Of a stretch of 64,000 nucleotides of DNA, positions 36,025-45,570 are shown piece by piece. The translations under genes and the position numbers were made by a program. Source of the DNA: a virus; IMG/VR virus record IMGVR_UViG_3300043571_000313, positions 9,810 to 73,809 of that record; one strand, written 5' to 3'. The notes under the pieces were generated by a model. The model did not search any database. It had not been told where the DNA came from and worked only from the letters and a program-made list of their open reading frames with translations. Position 1 is the first letter of the stretch. Each line of letters starts with the position of its first letter.

Positions 36025-36216
36025 TCAGGGTTCATGATGGGTTTGGTTGTTCCGAGCCGCCAGCACCGCCAGCAGGTTCAGCCGGATCGTCTTGAGCGCG
36101 GCCCGCTGGATCTTCTCACGGATGGCGTTCGGCACGCCGCGCGCCGCCTTGAGCCGTGCGGCCGCAATGTCAGGGGTGATGGTCGGGAAGAGCTCCCGGG
36201 CTTCGCGTGCGTTCAC
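36025..36216 (-). CDS. hypothetical protein
   Basis: GTGA-coupled. Confidence 0.5.
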   Translation of the reverse strand: MNAREARELFPTITPDIAAARLKAARGVPNAIREKIQRAALKTIRLNLLAVLAARNNQTHHEP

Positions 36217-36413
36217 GTCGCCACCTCCTTCCGCCGAATCTCGAGTCCGGCCAGATGCTCCATGACCTTGAGGTGATGCAGCTCCGGCTCGAAGCCGACC
36301 TTGGCCGCAATCAACCCGTATTTGTAGGTGACTTTCGCCAGCCGTTCGTGGGCCTGCGCGAGACTTTCACGGAGGGTGGCGTTCTCGGCCTGCAGTTTTT
36401 GGAGTGAGTCCAT
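36213..36413 (-). CDS. hypothetical protein
   Basis: MDSLQKLQAEN start. Confidence 0.55.
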   Translation of the reverse strand: MDSLQKLQAENATLRESLAQAHERLAKVTYKYGLIAAKVGFEPELHHLKVMEHLAGLEIRRKEVAT

Positions 36414-36417
36414 GGCG

Positions 36418-36660
36418 TCAGAGGTGGCGGGTGAAGTAGAGTTCCATGAGGCGCTGCATGACCCGAATCCCGAGCGACTGCGGCAGGGTGGCGTGCAGCT
36501 TTTCAGCGAGCGCGTCACCCTCGTATTTGATGGTGTGGCTCATCGCCGTCAGGTTGACCTGCCCGCTGGGTGCCGCCCGGTTCAACTCCGACAGCGGCTC
36601 CTCGATGCGGATGACGACCGGCTCGCTGTTGTCAGCGCGGTGGATGGAGAGGGTTGTCAC
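36418..36660 (-). CDS. hypothetical protein
   Basis: GTGA-coupled. Confidence 0.5.
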   Translation of the reverse strand: MTTLSIHRADNSEPVVIRIEEPLSELNRAAPSGQVNLTAMSHTIKYEGDALAEKLHATLPQSLGIRVMQRLMELYFTRHL

Positions 36661-37286
36661 GACGCGCCATCCTTCTTCCCGTCATTGCCCTCGAGCACCG
36701 CGCGCTCCTTCACGAGATCGCGGTTGAGCGCGGCGTCGCTGGTGAATTTCTCCGGGTAGCGCGCCTGGAGCTTTTGGATATTGACCGTGGCGCACGCCTC
36801 CAGCGTCGAGTCGGCGGCATGTGCGAGCTCCGAGAGCACGCACACGATGTCGCGCACCCTCAGCTGATAGTTTTCCTCCATCGAGCCCAGTCGCATCGTT
36901 TCCAGCCCGATCAGGCTGGCCGACTCCTTCATGAGTTCGAACGCGAGCGACTTGAGATCCGCATGCCGGTTGAAGGGCGCCCACGCAGTCGAGAACTCCT
37001 CCATGTCATTCGTGCCGACAAGGCCTGCCAGCCGCCAGCCGAACGCCCGACAGATCAGCGGCACGTACCACAGCGCATCGCCGATCTCCTCGCGGAAATT
37101 CACGAGGTCGACCGGCTTGCCGTAGGCGTGCTGCTTCTTCATCACGTCGACCAGCTCGGCCGCTTCGGTGCAGAGGCCCATGATCGCATGGATCATGTCA
37201 TGCTCACGAGCCTGCAGCGAATGCACGGCGGCGTGGACGGGGGCCGTGCGGAGCGCGGCTTGTTCGTATTCAGAGAACGTATTCAT
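36657..37286 (-). CDS. MazG-like nucleotide pyrophosphohydrolase
   Basis: YEQAALRT, GLCTEAAEL, EEIGDALWY, NIQKLQARYPEKF. Confidence 0.85.
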   Translation of the reverse strand: MNTFSEYEQAALRTAPVHAAVHSLQAREHDMIHAIMGLCTEAAELVDVMKKQHAYGKPVDLVNFREEIGDALWYVPLICRAFGWRLAGLVGTNDMEEFSTAWAPFNRHADLKSLAFELMKESASLIGLETMRLGSMEENYQLRVRDIVCVLSELAHAADSTLEACATVNIQKLQARYPEKFTSDAALNRDLVKERAVLEGNDGKKDGAS

Positions 37287-37288
37287 TG

Positions 37289-37525
37289 TCAGATTACACT
37301 GGCGGATTCCTTGCGGGTGCGCTTCAGGGAAGCGCGGGTTGATGTGGGCTCCTGGAGTTCCAGGAGAATGTGCAACGCGGCCTTGGCGGCTGCGATCTGG
37401 CGAATGGCGGCGACTTCCTTCAGCTTCCCGGCCGCCACCCATTTGGGATACGCGCGCTCACGCATCGCGATCTCCCGCTTGAGGTCCATGACCACGTCCT
37501 CGAAGGTGACCTCGACTTCGATCAT
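37289..37525 (-). CDS. hypothetical protein
   Basis: REIAMRERAYPKWVAAGK, a recurrent phage motif. Confidence 0.65.
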   Translation of the reverse strand: MIEVEVTFEDVVMDLKREIAMRERAYPKWVAAGKLKEVAAIRQIAAAKAALHILLELQEPTSTRASLKRTRKESASVI

Positions 37526-37740
37526 GGCTCAGTCGGTTGTGGTTGCGGTGCCTTCACCGGCGAGGTCAGGTCGATCGGCTGTGGCGCGAATAGTTTCTGC
37601 CGGTGCTTCCGGCTTCGGCGGTTGCGCTCCCGACCGAAGAACATCGGCCGGCCGATCACATTCTTTTTGATGGCGACATTCGCGCGGTGATCTGCCCTTT
37701 CGGCGGCGGACCCGAGTTTGACCTTTTGTTGTTTGCTCAT
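37522..37740 (-). CDS. basic hypothetical protein
   Basis: ATGA-coupled to the downstream gene; overlapped by the 37529..37918 ORF. Confidence 0.45.
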   Translation of the reverse strand: MSKQQKVKLGSAAERADHRANVAIKKNVIGRPMFFGRERNRRSRKHRQKLFAPQPIDLTSPVKAPQPQPTEP

Positions 37741-37918
37741 GGATGGGTGAATTATTGAGTGTGTCGGTGAGTGCCATCGGCACCCAGGCGAAGTAGTCCC
37801 ATCCGGCCGGCGCCGCCATGCGCAGCTTCGAGAGCTCGAGCTCGATGTGGGACCACTCGACCGACGCTATATAGATGCCGTACTCAAATGGTGTCACTGC
37901 GTGGATTCTGAATTTCAT
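37529..37918 (-). CDS. hypothetical protein
   Basis: ATGA-coupled to the helicase; 3' half overlaps another frame. Confidence 0.4.
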   Translation of the reverse strand: MKFRIHAVTPFEYGIYIASVEWSHIELELSKLRMAAPAGWDYFAWVPMALTDTLNNSPIHEQTTKGQTRVRRRKGRSPRECRHQKECDRPADVLRSGAQPPKPEAPAETIRATADRPDLAGEGTATTTD

Positions 37919-39558
37919 GCCGTCTCCCTTAGTTTGGTTTTGGCAAGCTCGTCACCGAGCGCCGTGCGCCGCCACCGCTTGTCCTCAAGTTGTTCGACGA
38001 TCCCGTCATCAATCATGCGCTTCTGCCAGCGGGCCATGGTCGGCTTGCTGACGCCGCAGCCCTCGGCGGCCGCGCGCCAGATCATTGCACAAGGTTCACC
38101 CTCGGTCGCCTGCTCCGGGTAATAGACGATCAGCACGTCCGCAGTGTAGGCCTCGCCGTAACTGCCGGTGTTCTTCTTCGCCTTGTTTCCCTCCCGCACC
38201 GGCTCTTCGGCATCCGGCTTGCGGCCCTCCCAGAAGATGACCGGGAAATTGCTCTTCCGGCCTTCGATGCGAATGACCTCATTCGAGTGCTGGGCTGGAA
38301 TCTTCGTGGTGATTTCCCAGCGCACGACGCCATCACCATTGCCCGGGACCTCGATCGCGACGCCGGCCCGCTTGCCGCGCTTCGCCAGCACGATATTGAA
38401 CCGGCCCTCGTCCTCGCTCGGCTTGATTGTGACAACCGCGCGCGCCCAGTTCACCAGCTCGGCGCTCCCAGCCGCGTCGTACATGAACTCGCTCCACTTC
38501 TTGTCGGGGACGTTCTTCCCAGTGACCGGCTTTGGCGTGTGATGCACGACCATGAAAGCGAACTTCTCCTCGCGGTTCACGACGTTCAGCCCCTTGCGCA
38601 GGAACCGCCCAATCTCGGCCGCGTCCGCGATGTCGCAGCCGGCGTAGGAGTGAAGTGGGTTCAGCCACACGAGATCCGGCGCTACCTGCTGCCCGACCAT
38701 GCGAAGCCACGCGATGAACTCCTCGCCTGACTTCTCCCGCTGGCGCAGGAATACGACGTTCTTATTGACCTGCTCAATATCGGCTGCGGTCAGCTTCATC
38801 TTGTAGTAGATCGAGTACAGCACCTCCGCAATGTCGCCGTCGGAATCCTCAGCCTGAATGATCAGCGACTTGATCGGCTTGCGGGTATGGATGCCGAGGA
38901 ACGACCGGCCGAGCGCGGCGCATACGGCCCACTGGACACTGAATGAACTCTTGCCCATACCCGACGATGATACGACCAACGCGCTGTCGCCCCGCCCGAT
39001 GTAGCGACCGCGTCCGAGCAGCATGGATTCATCGTCGTCTGGCAGCAGCTCGAATTCACCTGCCCCCTTGGGCTTCGTATTGTTCACGCCGCCGTTCTGC
39101 AGCTGCTCCACCCGACTGCGGATCGAGCCAAGGAACTCGTCCATCTGACCGCTGTAGTCGTAGCAGTCCTCCACCGCGCGCGTGAGCGTCTTGATGGTGT
39201 CGCGCAACTTCGCCATCTCGCCGACCTTGTCGATGAAGTAGCGGGCTTGGGCGGTGGTCGGGATGCGGTCGCTGACCTGGGTGAGGTACGCATAGCCTCC
39301 GACCTGATCCAGCTTCTTCGCCGCCTTCAGCTCTTCTGCCACTACCGACACATCGACCGGCGCTTGCCGGTGGAACAGGTCGAGGATGCACCCGAAGATC
39401 TCGCCGTTCTTCGGCTCATAGAACGAGTGCGGCGTGATGCGCTGGTCGATACACCGCGAAATTGTCTCAGCGCCGTCGAGCAGGCATGTGGAGAGAAGGT
39501 GCTCCTCGGCCTCGATGCTGTGCGGCAATGACCGCCCGATGTTGGAGGTCGTGGCCAT
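37915..39558 (-). CDS. replicative helicase: DnaB N-terminal domain + RepA/AAA_25 ATPase + C-terminal wHTH
   Basis: LPHSIEAEE...VGGYAYL (DnaB_N); SSGMGKS Walker A, QAED, VVHHTPK, AAGSAEL. Confidence 0.85.
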   Translation of the reverse strand: MATTSNIGRSLPHSIEAEEHLLSTCLLDGAETISRCIDQRITPHSFYEPKNGEIFGCILDLFHRQAPVDVSVVAEELKAAKKLDQVGGYAYLTQVSDRIPTTAQARYFIDKVGEMAKLRDTIKTLTRAVEDCYDYSGQMDEFLGSIRSRVEQLQNGGVNNTKPKGAGEFELLPDDDESMLLGRGRYIGRGDSALVVSSSGMGKSSFSVQWAVCAALGRSFLGIHTRKPIKSLIIQAEDSDGDIAEVLYSIYYKMKLTAADIEQVNKNVVFLRQREKSGEEFIAWLRMVGQQVAPDLVWLNPLHSYAGCDIADAAEIGRFLRKGLNVVNREEKFAFMVVHHTPKPVTGKNVPDKKWSEFMYDAAGSAELVNWARAVVTIKPSEDEGRFNIVLAKRGKRAGVAIEVPGNGDGVVRWEITTKIPAQHSNEVIRIEGRKSNFPVIFWEGRKPDAEEPVREGNKAKKNTGSYGEAYTADVLIVYYPEQATEGEPCAMIWRAAAEGCGVSKPTMARWQKRMIDDGIVEQLEDKRWRRTALGDELAKTKLRETA

Positions 39559-41354
39559 TAGTTATTCCCTCCGAAGATGGTGCTCAAGTCCTCGATCTGC
39601 TCGTCAGCCGACGGCAGCGGTGCCGGATCAAAGAGGCTCCGCGCGCGGGTGCCTGCGCCCGCCATCTCGTCCACGTCCATGCTCAACTGAGAGGCGATCT
39701 CCTGCAGCTCGGACTGGACCTGCTCTGCCTCTCGCTTCTTTTCCTTCCGGCGCTGCTCCCATTCGGTGAACTTCTCGCGCTGCCGGCGCGTCGCCTCTTC
39801 CTTGGTGAAGCCTATCGCATCCACGCCGATCTTGCGGAAGAAATTCAACTGCCTGATCGTGCACAGCCCCTTGCGGTGCCGGTCCATGATGCGATTGATG
39901 ATCGCGTGGGCGTGGCCCCAGCAGGTAACAGCTTTCACGTTGACGCCGTTTGATTCCAAAATGTGCGCCTGCTTGGGGCTCACCGGCGCGCTGTCGTGGG
40001 CCGTCTCGGGCTCGTAGTCCGCGAGATCGACGTCGCCCAAGCTCGTCGCAATCGCGAGCGGGTCGATCACCTGGGACTTTTTGCGAGCGTTCTTCCTCAC
40101 CTCGTCCTCAAGTTTCTTGAGGAGGTCGCGTTCGGCCTGCGCCTCGGCCTCGATGAGGTCGCCCTCCTTGCCGTCCATGAGTTCCTTGATCCGGTCGTCC
40201 TTCGTGACCAGCGAAGCGGGCGTGCACAGGTCGTGCTTCTCGTAGAGCCAGAGAAAATCCAGCACCTTTACGTGCGGTTTCGATGAGGCGCGGATCAGTT
40301 CGACTCGCTCGAGCGCATTGGCCGCAGCATTGAGCTGCTGGACGATTTCTCCGATGGGGCGAGTGCCCCGGCCGATGATTTGGCAGTAGAGGGAGCGAAT
40401 TTTTGTCGGCCGCAGGCAGACGACGTTGCGGATCGTGTCGTCATCGTAGCCCTCGGTCAGCACGGCCATGTTGGTGAGCGCCTGAAACTCGCCGCGCTTG
40501 TGCCGCGCGACCCGCTCCGTCCGATCAGGGCAAAGTTTCTTGTCGCCGCAGACCCAGTCCGCCGAAACGCCGCACTTCGTCAGCGCCGCCGCCATGATTT
40601 GAGCCGTCTCGACCGACGGCAGGAAGATCAACACCTTCTCTTTCGCGACTTCGGCGCGAATCGCCTCGGCAATCGCGTCCATGAACGGGACCAATCGCTC
40701 TCCGACCTGTCCCCGGTCGAGATCGGCTCCGTCGGCGGTCTGTTTTGTCTTCACGCCGCTCAAGTCGATCTTGATTGGCATGGTCTTGACGATCGGACGC
40801 ACGAGCCAGCCGTCGCGAACTGCCTTGAGCAGCCCATAATCGTAGGCGACGCGCTGATAAAACTCGCCGAGAGCGCGTTTGTCGCCGCGATCGGCGGTTG
40901 CGGTCACCCCGACGACCTTCGCGCCGCCGGCCACGAAGTGCTGCAGCACTTTTTGGTATCCGGCGGCGAGCGATCGGTGCGCTTCGTCCACCACGACGAC
41001 CGAAAAATGATTTTTCGGCCAGGACGATAGGCGGAAATCGCCCTGCAACGTCTGCACCGACCCAACGACTACCTTCTCGAAGCGCGATGCGTAGCTTCCG
41101 GCCTTCTCTTTGCCTGCTCTGAGCCCCGTCGTGCGCTGAAACTTGTCGATCGCCTGATCAATCAGCTCATCTGTGTGCGCCAGAATCAAAACTCGCCCGC
41201 CCTTTTCCACTTCCTGCGCCGCGAGCAGCGAAAACACGACCGTCTTGCCACAACCCGTGGCCATGCACACGAGCTGATGCTTGATTCCATCGTCAAGCCA
41301 CCCCTCGCGGAGGGATTCGATGGACTCAATCTGATATGGGCGGGCGGAAATCAT
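39558..41354 (-). CDS. superfamily 2 DEAH-box helicase
   Basis: RPYQ, MATGCGKT, DEAH, TAT, LTEGYD, QIIGRGTR. Confidence 0.92.
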   Translation of the reverse strand: MISARPYQIESIESLREGWLDDGIKHQLVCMATGCGKTVVFSLLAAQEVEKGGRVLILAHTDELIDQAIDKFQRTTGLRAGKEKAGSYASRFEKVVVGSVQTLQGDFRLSSWPKNHFSVVVVDEAHRSLAAGYQKVLQHFVAGGAKVVGVTATADRGDKRALGEFYQRVAYDYGLLKAVRDGWLVRPIVKTMPIKIDLSGVKTKQTADGADLDRGQVGERLVPFMDAIAEAIRAEVAKEKVLIFLPSVETAQIMAAALTKCGVSADWVCGDKKLCPDRTERVARHKRGEFQALTNMAVLTEGYDDDTIRNVVCLRPTKIRSLYCQIIGRGTRPIGEIVQQLNAAANALERVELIRASSKPHVKVLDFLWLYEKHDLCTPASLVTKDDRIKELMDGKEGDLIEAEAQAERDLLKKLEDEVRKNARKKSQVIDPLAIATSLGDVDLADYEPETAHDSAPVSPKQAHILESNGVNVKAVTCWGHAHAIINRIMDRHRKGLCTIRQLNFFRKIGVDAIGFTKEEATRRQREKFTEWEQRRKEKKREAEQVQSELQEIASQLSMDVDEMAGAGTRARSLFDPAPLPSADEQIEDLSTIFGGNN

Positions 41355-41493
41355 TCAGAAAAGGGCAGAGAGGTCTTCAGGCTCGGTGCGGGTGCGTCCG
41401 CAGGAGCGGCAGGTTGGGGTGATAGGGGTTGCGCGGCCGAAGCGATGCCAGCAAATGCCGCAGACGAGGCCGCGATCTGGCTCGGGCCGAAAA

Positions 41494-41943
41494 TCAGGAT
41501 ATGGCTCGGACGGCGATTGCGATTCGAGGGTCGGTGCCCCTCCGCTTGTGGACGTTGAGATCGTCGATCTGGCTGTCGTCCTCCCAGAGCTTGAGCTCGG
41601 TGAGCGTGTCGAGGATGAGTTTGAGGCTGTTGTCGACGTCGGGGCGCTTGCCATGGTGAATCTCGAATCGAGGGTCGCTGAGTTTGTCGGCGTGCTTCGC
41701 GGCCTGCTCCTCCGTGAACGGGAAGACGAACTTGACTGAGACGTGCAGCGGGCCGATGAGCGGGGTGAAAAACTTGCGGTGGGCGACGTACTCGGCCCCG
41801 GTCCAGAGCTGGATGCAGCGCTTCACGCGCCGCTTTTCCGCCTTAACCGCGACCTTCGTATAGAAGGAGCGCGACTTGAAGTTCACGCCCTTCTGTTGGG
41901 CCGTGATCGTTGCGGGCTCTCCGGGGATGAGCAGCGAGATCAT
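41494..41943 (-). CDS. rusA: RusA-family Holliday junction resolvase
   Basis: KRPDVDNSLKLILDTL...WEDDSQI. Confidence 0.88.
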   Translation of the reverse strand: MISLLIPGEPATITAQQKGVNFKSRSFYTKVAVKAEKRRVKRCIQLWTGAEYVAHRKFFTPLIGPLHVSVKFVFPFTEEQAAKHADKLSDPRFEIHHGKRPDVDNSLKLILDTLTELKLWEDDSQIDDLNVHKRRGTDPRIAIAVRAIS

Positions 41944-43139
41944 TTGAACAGCAGCTTCTTGACCTTCGGCCGCGTGATAAGGTGACCCATCGAGCGCTTG
42001 ATCCAGCTTTGCGCGGTCTCGACCTCCTCCTTCGTGCTCTTCCGCTGCATCTCGCCTTCCTCGACGAGCACGTCCTCGGCGTCGCTCACCGACATCGCGA
42101 GCGTCTTCCACGCAAGATCGTCCGCGTCGTCCTCGGTGCAGCCGGTGAGCTCCATGATTTTCTTGGAGATGAAGGCGTGCGCGACTTTTGGGTGGGTGAC
42201 CTTGCGCCGGCCATCTTCCTCGACGACTCGGGCCAGCGTGCCGTCCGAAAGTACGACGTCGCCCTCGGTGGCGACGCGCGCCTTGAACTGCTCCAGGATT
42301 TTTTCGATCGGGCCGGCGATCGCGCGCCCGCGTTGGGCGAGGTCGCCGAGTTGCCGCAAAACGGGGGTTACATTAAGGGCCTTGAGGTCAATTTCAGACA
42401 GGATCTTTTTCATTTCGATGAACTCGGCTTCGATTGCTGGGCAGAAAGTGATGCACGGGCACAGGCGGCACTGGCTGTATCCAGATTCCAACGTCAGCCA
42501 CGCATCGAGGGCTTCGTTGACCTTCTTTTCCAGGAAGCCGGCCATTACATCGAGGTCATCGACCTCGGCTTCCGTGGTCTGGTCCTCGGCCTCGCGCTGA
42601 CGGATGCGGATTTTTCCGCGCTTGAGCGTCGGGTAGGCAAACTTCAGGAGCGTGGCGTAGCCGGCGAGCTGCCAGTTTTCCTCGGCGTGGTCGACCTCGC
42701 CGGGTCCGCTCTTATTGTCGTCGATGGCGAACTCCACCGCCTGCGCGTCCATGGAATACACGTCTATCTGGCCGGTGAGGATGAATCGCTCAAACTCGAT
42801 CGTGAACCGCTTCTCCACAAAGATCGCGTGATCCTGCGGTATGTCGGCAGTCACGCTGGAGATGAACCACTCCACCGAGCGCAAGTCCCACTCGGCCGGC
42901 TCCCAGCCGCGCCCGAGCGCCGGCTTCTCAAGTCCATCCGGCGCGACGGCGCCGAATTCCATTACGAGCCTGCGGGCGCACTGGTGGTGAATCCAGTTGC
43001 CGCGCCACGTCATTTCATCGCCGCCAACCTCGAACTCCATGGTGGAGTCGTTGAGTTTGCGTTCGAGGGTGCGTGATCCTGGGCAGGAAAGGAGTCGGCC
43101 GAGACTGCTGCAGCGAATCGTTGGCTTTGGTGCTGTCAT
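41940..43139 (-). CDS. PD-(D/E)XK exonuclease (Cas4/DUF2800-like)
   Basis: CPGS, EKRF, GQID, DDNKSG, QLAGYA, CxxCPCxxxCP. Confidence 0.8.
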   Translation of the reverse strand: MTAPKPTIRCSSLGRLLSCPGSRTLERKLNDSTMEFEVGGDEMTWRGNWIHHQCARRLVMEFGAVAPDGLEKPALGRGWEPAEWDLRSVEWFISSVTADIPQDHAIFVEKRFTIEFERFILTGQIDVYSMDAQAVEFAIDDNKSGPGEVDHAEENWQLAGYATLLKFAYPTLKRGKIRIRQREAEDQTTEAEVDDLDVMAGFLEKKVNEALDAWLTLESGYSQCRLCPCITFCPAIEAEFIEMKKILSEIDLKALNVTPVLRQLGDLAQRGRAIAGPIEKILEQFKARVATEGDVVLSDGTLARVVEEDGRRKVTHPKVAHAFISKKIMELTGCTEDDADDLAWKTLAMSVSDAEDVLVEEGEMQRKSTKEEVETAQSWIKRSMGHLITRPKVKKLLFK

Positions 43140-43360
43140 TCTTCGGGAGGGAGATAGAGGTTGAGGAGCCGGTCGCCTACGTCATCGAGAGTGGCGTACA
43201 TCGCCTTGATCTTCTGTGCGGCTTCCGGGTGCATGGCGCTTTCGTGGGAGAGGTAGGCGATTGAATCCTGCAGGCGCTCGGCTCCGTGCTTGAGCCAAGT
43301 GCCCACGAGGATCGCCTCCTCAACTGTCAGCGGGACGGTTTTTCGGCTGGTCGTCGGCAT
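43136..43360 (-). CDS. hypothetical protein
   Basis: ATGA-coupled to the exonuclease. Confidence 0.5.
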   Translation of the reverse strand: MPTTSRKTVPLTVEEAILVGTWLKHGAERLQDSIAYLSHESAMHPEAAQKIKAMYATLDDVGDRLLNLYLPPEE

Positions 43361-43679
43361 TGTATCGCGGTTCCACGGTCCAGACCCGATCGTCATCGGC
43401 GTTGGCTGCCAGCACCCGCTTCACGAACGGGTGATCGTTCACGACGCTGTCGCGAAGCGTTGCGATGAATAGCTCCGTCCGCTCGATCGCATACTGCGCG
43501 CGGCGCGCGGCGTAGGTGGTCGGATACTTGTCGCACTCCCGGTCGATCATGAACTTCGTCGGTTCAGCGCCCGGGGTCGGGAGGAGCACGCCATCCGGCT
43601 TGGCGTGCTCGCTCTTCTCCATAACGCACGGCACGCCGCCGCGCAGTACGATATAGTAACTATAGCTGCGGCGTGACAT
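43320..43679 (-). CDS. hypothetical protein
   Basis: 119 aa within the operon. Confidence 0.55.
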   Translation of the reverse strand: MSRRSYSYYIVLRGGVPCVMEKSEHAKPDGVLLPTPGAEPTKFMIDRECDKYPTTYAARRAQYAIERTELFIATLRDSVVNDHPFVKRVLAANADDDRVWTVEPRYNADDQPKNRPADS

Positions 43680-43690
43680 GGTGCAGCGGG

Positions 43691-44737
43691 TTAGGAAGCC
43701 TGCGTGAACGACACGAGGATTTTGACTTTCGCACCGCTGGGTAGCGCGCGCTCCTCAATCACGGCGTCGATGATCGCGCCGTTCGCCGGCACTTGCTCCA
43801 TTGCTCCGTCAAACAGGGCGTCGCCCATCAGTTCGCCGGTGAGTGTGACGGTGCACACGGGTCCGACCACCCCACCCGCCTTGCGCGCCTGCTTCTCGGT
43901 GACATTGGTGATCTCGCAGCGCAGGGTCTTTGCGGCCGGGATCGCAGTCTCGGTCGGTGGGACTTCGGCGGCTGGAGCCGGCGCCGCAGGAGCGGGATCG
44001 GCGGGCTTCGCCGGCTCCACGGTCTTCGCCGGTTCAGTGGCATCGACGGTCTTCTCGGCTTCCCTGCGCGCGCCGGACACGCCCTTGCTGCGGCGCTGGA
44101 CGACCGGCTGCTGTTCCGGCTCGACGGCCGGCGGCGTGGGCGCGCCTTCGGGCGCGGCCTGAATCTCGATCACTTCGTCCGAGGTCTGGAAGCCCATCAG
44201 CAACTCGGGCGCGTACATGCGCGTCCACCACGTCGCCGCACGATACTGGAGCATGAGCTCGGGCATCGTCTTCCACTTCGATCCCTTCTTGTCGATCCAG
44301 CCTTCGAGGCGGGCGATCTCCATGGTGACGGTCGTGCCCTTGCAAAGGAAGCCGTCCACCCGGGCCGTCGCCTGCGCGAAGAAGCCCCATGTCTCCTTCC
44401 CCTTCTCGCCGACCTCGACGAACCGCAGCGGCGTGAACCGGCCGCACGCATTGATCGAGGCGATGTTAAACGTCGAGCGAAACGCGGGGCGACCGTAGAT
44501 GATGTCAAGATTCTGCATCACCATGAGCGGCGAGGCGCCCATGCGGTTCGACATTTCCAGCGCGATGATGACGTTCGCGTCGTGGTTCTTGAACACGTCC
44601 GGCACCAGATTCGAGCTCGCGAACATTTTCGCGACACGCTGAATATGGGCGAACTTCGTGGCATCCTCGTAACCGAGGGAAAGCTGGCTCGACTGGGAGC
44701 CTGCGGAGGGGACGATCTGGGTAGTTGTATCACTCAT
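43691..44737 (-). CDS. RecT-like ssDNA annealing protein
   Basis: SNLVP, MVMQNL, SKWKTMPELMLQYRAA...APELLMG; near the exonuclease. Confidence 0.8.
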   Translation of the reverse strand: MSDTTTQIVPSAGSQSSQLSLGYEDATKFAHIQRVAKMFASSNLVPDVFKNHDANVIIALEMSNRMGASPLMVMQNLDIIYGRPAFRSTFNIASINACGRFTPLRFVEVGEKGKETWGFFAQATARVDGFLCKGTTVTMEIARLEGWIDKKGSKWKTMPELMLQYRAATWWTRMYAPELLMGFQTSDEVIEIQAAPEGAPTPPAVEPEQQPVVQRRSKGVSGARREAEKTVDATEPAKTVEPAKPADPAPAAPAPAAEVPPTETAIPAAKTLRCEITNVTEKQARKAGGVVGPVCTVTLTGELMGDALFDGAMEQVPANGAIIDAVIEERALPSGAKVKILVSFTQAS

Positions 44738-44746
44738 GGCGGAAGA

Positions 44747-45022
44747 TCAGGTGCCGGCGACGATGTGACACTCGGTCACGGCGCCCGGCGGGTTGTTGGC
44801 GGGATCCATAAAGGTATCCAGCTTTCGAATACTGTAGTAGGAATCGCCGCGAATGATGCGCGGCTGGAGAAGTTCACGGCCCGGCATCGCTGCATCGTCA
44901 CGCCACGAGCGGAACGCCGAGCGCGAGATGCCGAGATAGGACGCAGCGGCTTCGACTCCGTAGAGGTAGCCGCGAAGCGCTTGCTTTCGAATACGCCTGG
45001 GAGTTTTAATATCAGCGCTCAT
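44747..45022 (-). CDS. HTH DNA-binding protein (excisionase/Cro-like)
   Basis: GVEAAASYLGISRSAFRSW; first gene of the leftward operon. Confidence 0.7.
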   Translation of the reverse strand: MSADIKTPRRIRKQALRGYLYGVEAAASYLGISRSAFRSWRDDAAMPGRELLQPRIIRGDSYYSIRKLDTFMDPANNPPGAVTECHIVAGT

Positions 45023-45098
45023 GGTGCGGCGGGAAATGGAGTAATATGGCAGAGGAAGGACCAACCCATGCCACCAGTGCAAGAAGAAAACACCGTAG

Positions 45099-45126
45099 TT
45101 GACTAATCATTTTAATATGTAAAAGC
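45099..45126. promoter_or_regulatory. divergent promoter/operator region
   Basis: TTGACT-N3-CATTTT-N7-AAAAGC, AT-rich, between divergent HTH genes. Confidence 0.55.
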
Positions 45127-45146
45127 GGTGAGCTATCCCGCCGCGA

Positions 45147-45527
45147 ATGAGAAAGACTCCCTGGAAGCTATTGCACGATCATCCCCCTGCCTTGGTGCGT
45201 CTTTGCGCGCGTCGCAGGGTGCGAGGCAAGACCGTCAGGGCGCTCTCCCTTCAGGAAATCGCACTCGCCGCGGGGCTGCCGCTTGCCCGCGTGCAGGTGA
45301 TTTCACAGTCCGTCGATTGGGAGGGTATCTCCATCCCTGAAGCCGAGCGGTTCGTCGCCGGCTGCGGCTTCGATCCGCTCAACGGGCAAGACCGCAACCG
45401 CCAGTCAGCCTATCGCCGCGCATGCCAGAAGACACCGAGCAAGTTCGCGTTCCTGAAACGCAGTCCGTGGTGGACCACGGAGTTCCTTCCGCTGATCGAA
45501 CGCCTTCGGTCCCGCAAGGTATCCTGA
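45147..45527 (+). CDS. putative HTH regulator
   Basis: LSLQEIALAAGLPLARVQVISQ. Confidence 0.55.
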   Translation: MRKTPWKLLHDHPPALVRLCARRRVRGKTVRALSLQEIALAAGLPLARVQVISQSVDWEGISIPEAERFVAGCGFDPLNGQDRNRQSAYRRACQKTPSKFAFLKRSPWWTTEFLPLIERLRSRKVS

Positions 45528-45570
45528 AAAAAGCCGCCCCTCGACCCAGCCCATTTGACGTAAACCTACT

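Noticed and set aside
41355-41500. Small CxxC..CxxC ORF between rusA and the helicase
   Set aside because: Plausible, but no non-overlapping start codon could be identified
41940-43139. Cas4 implying a CRISPR-Cas system
   Set aside because: Solo PD-(D/E)XK exonuclease near RecT and RusA, a standard phage recombination module
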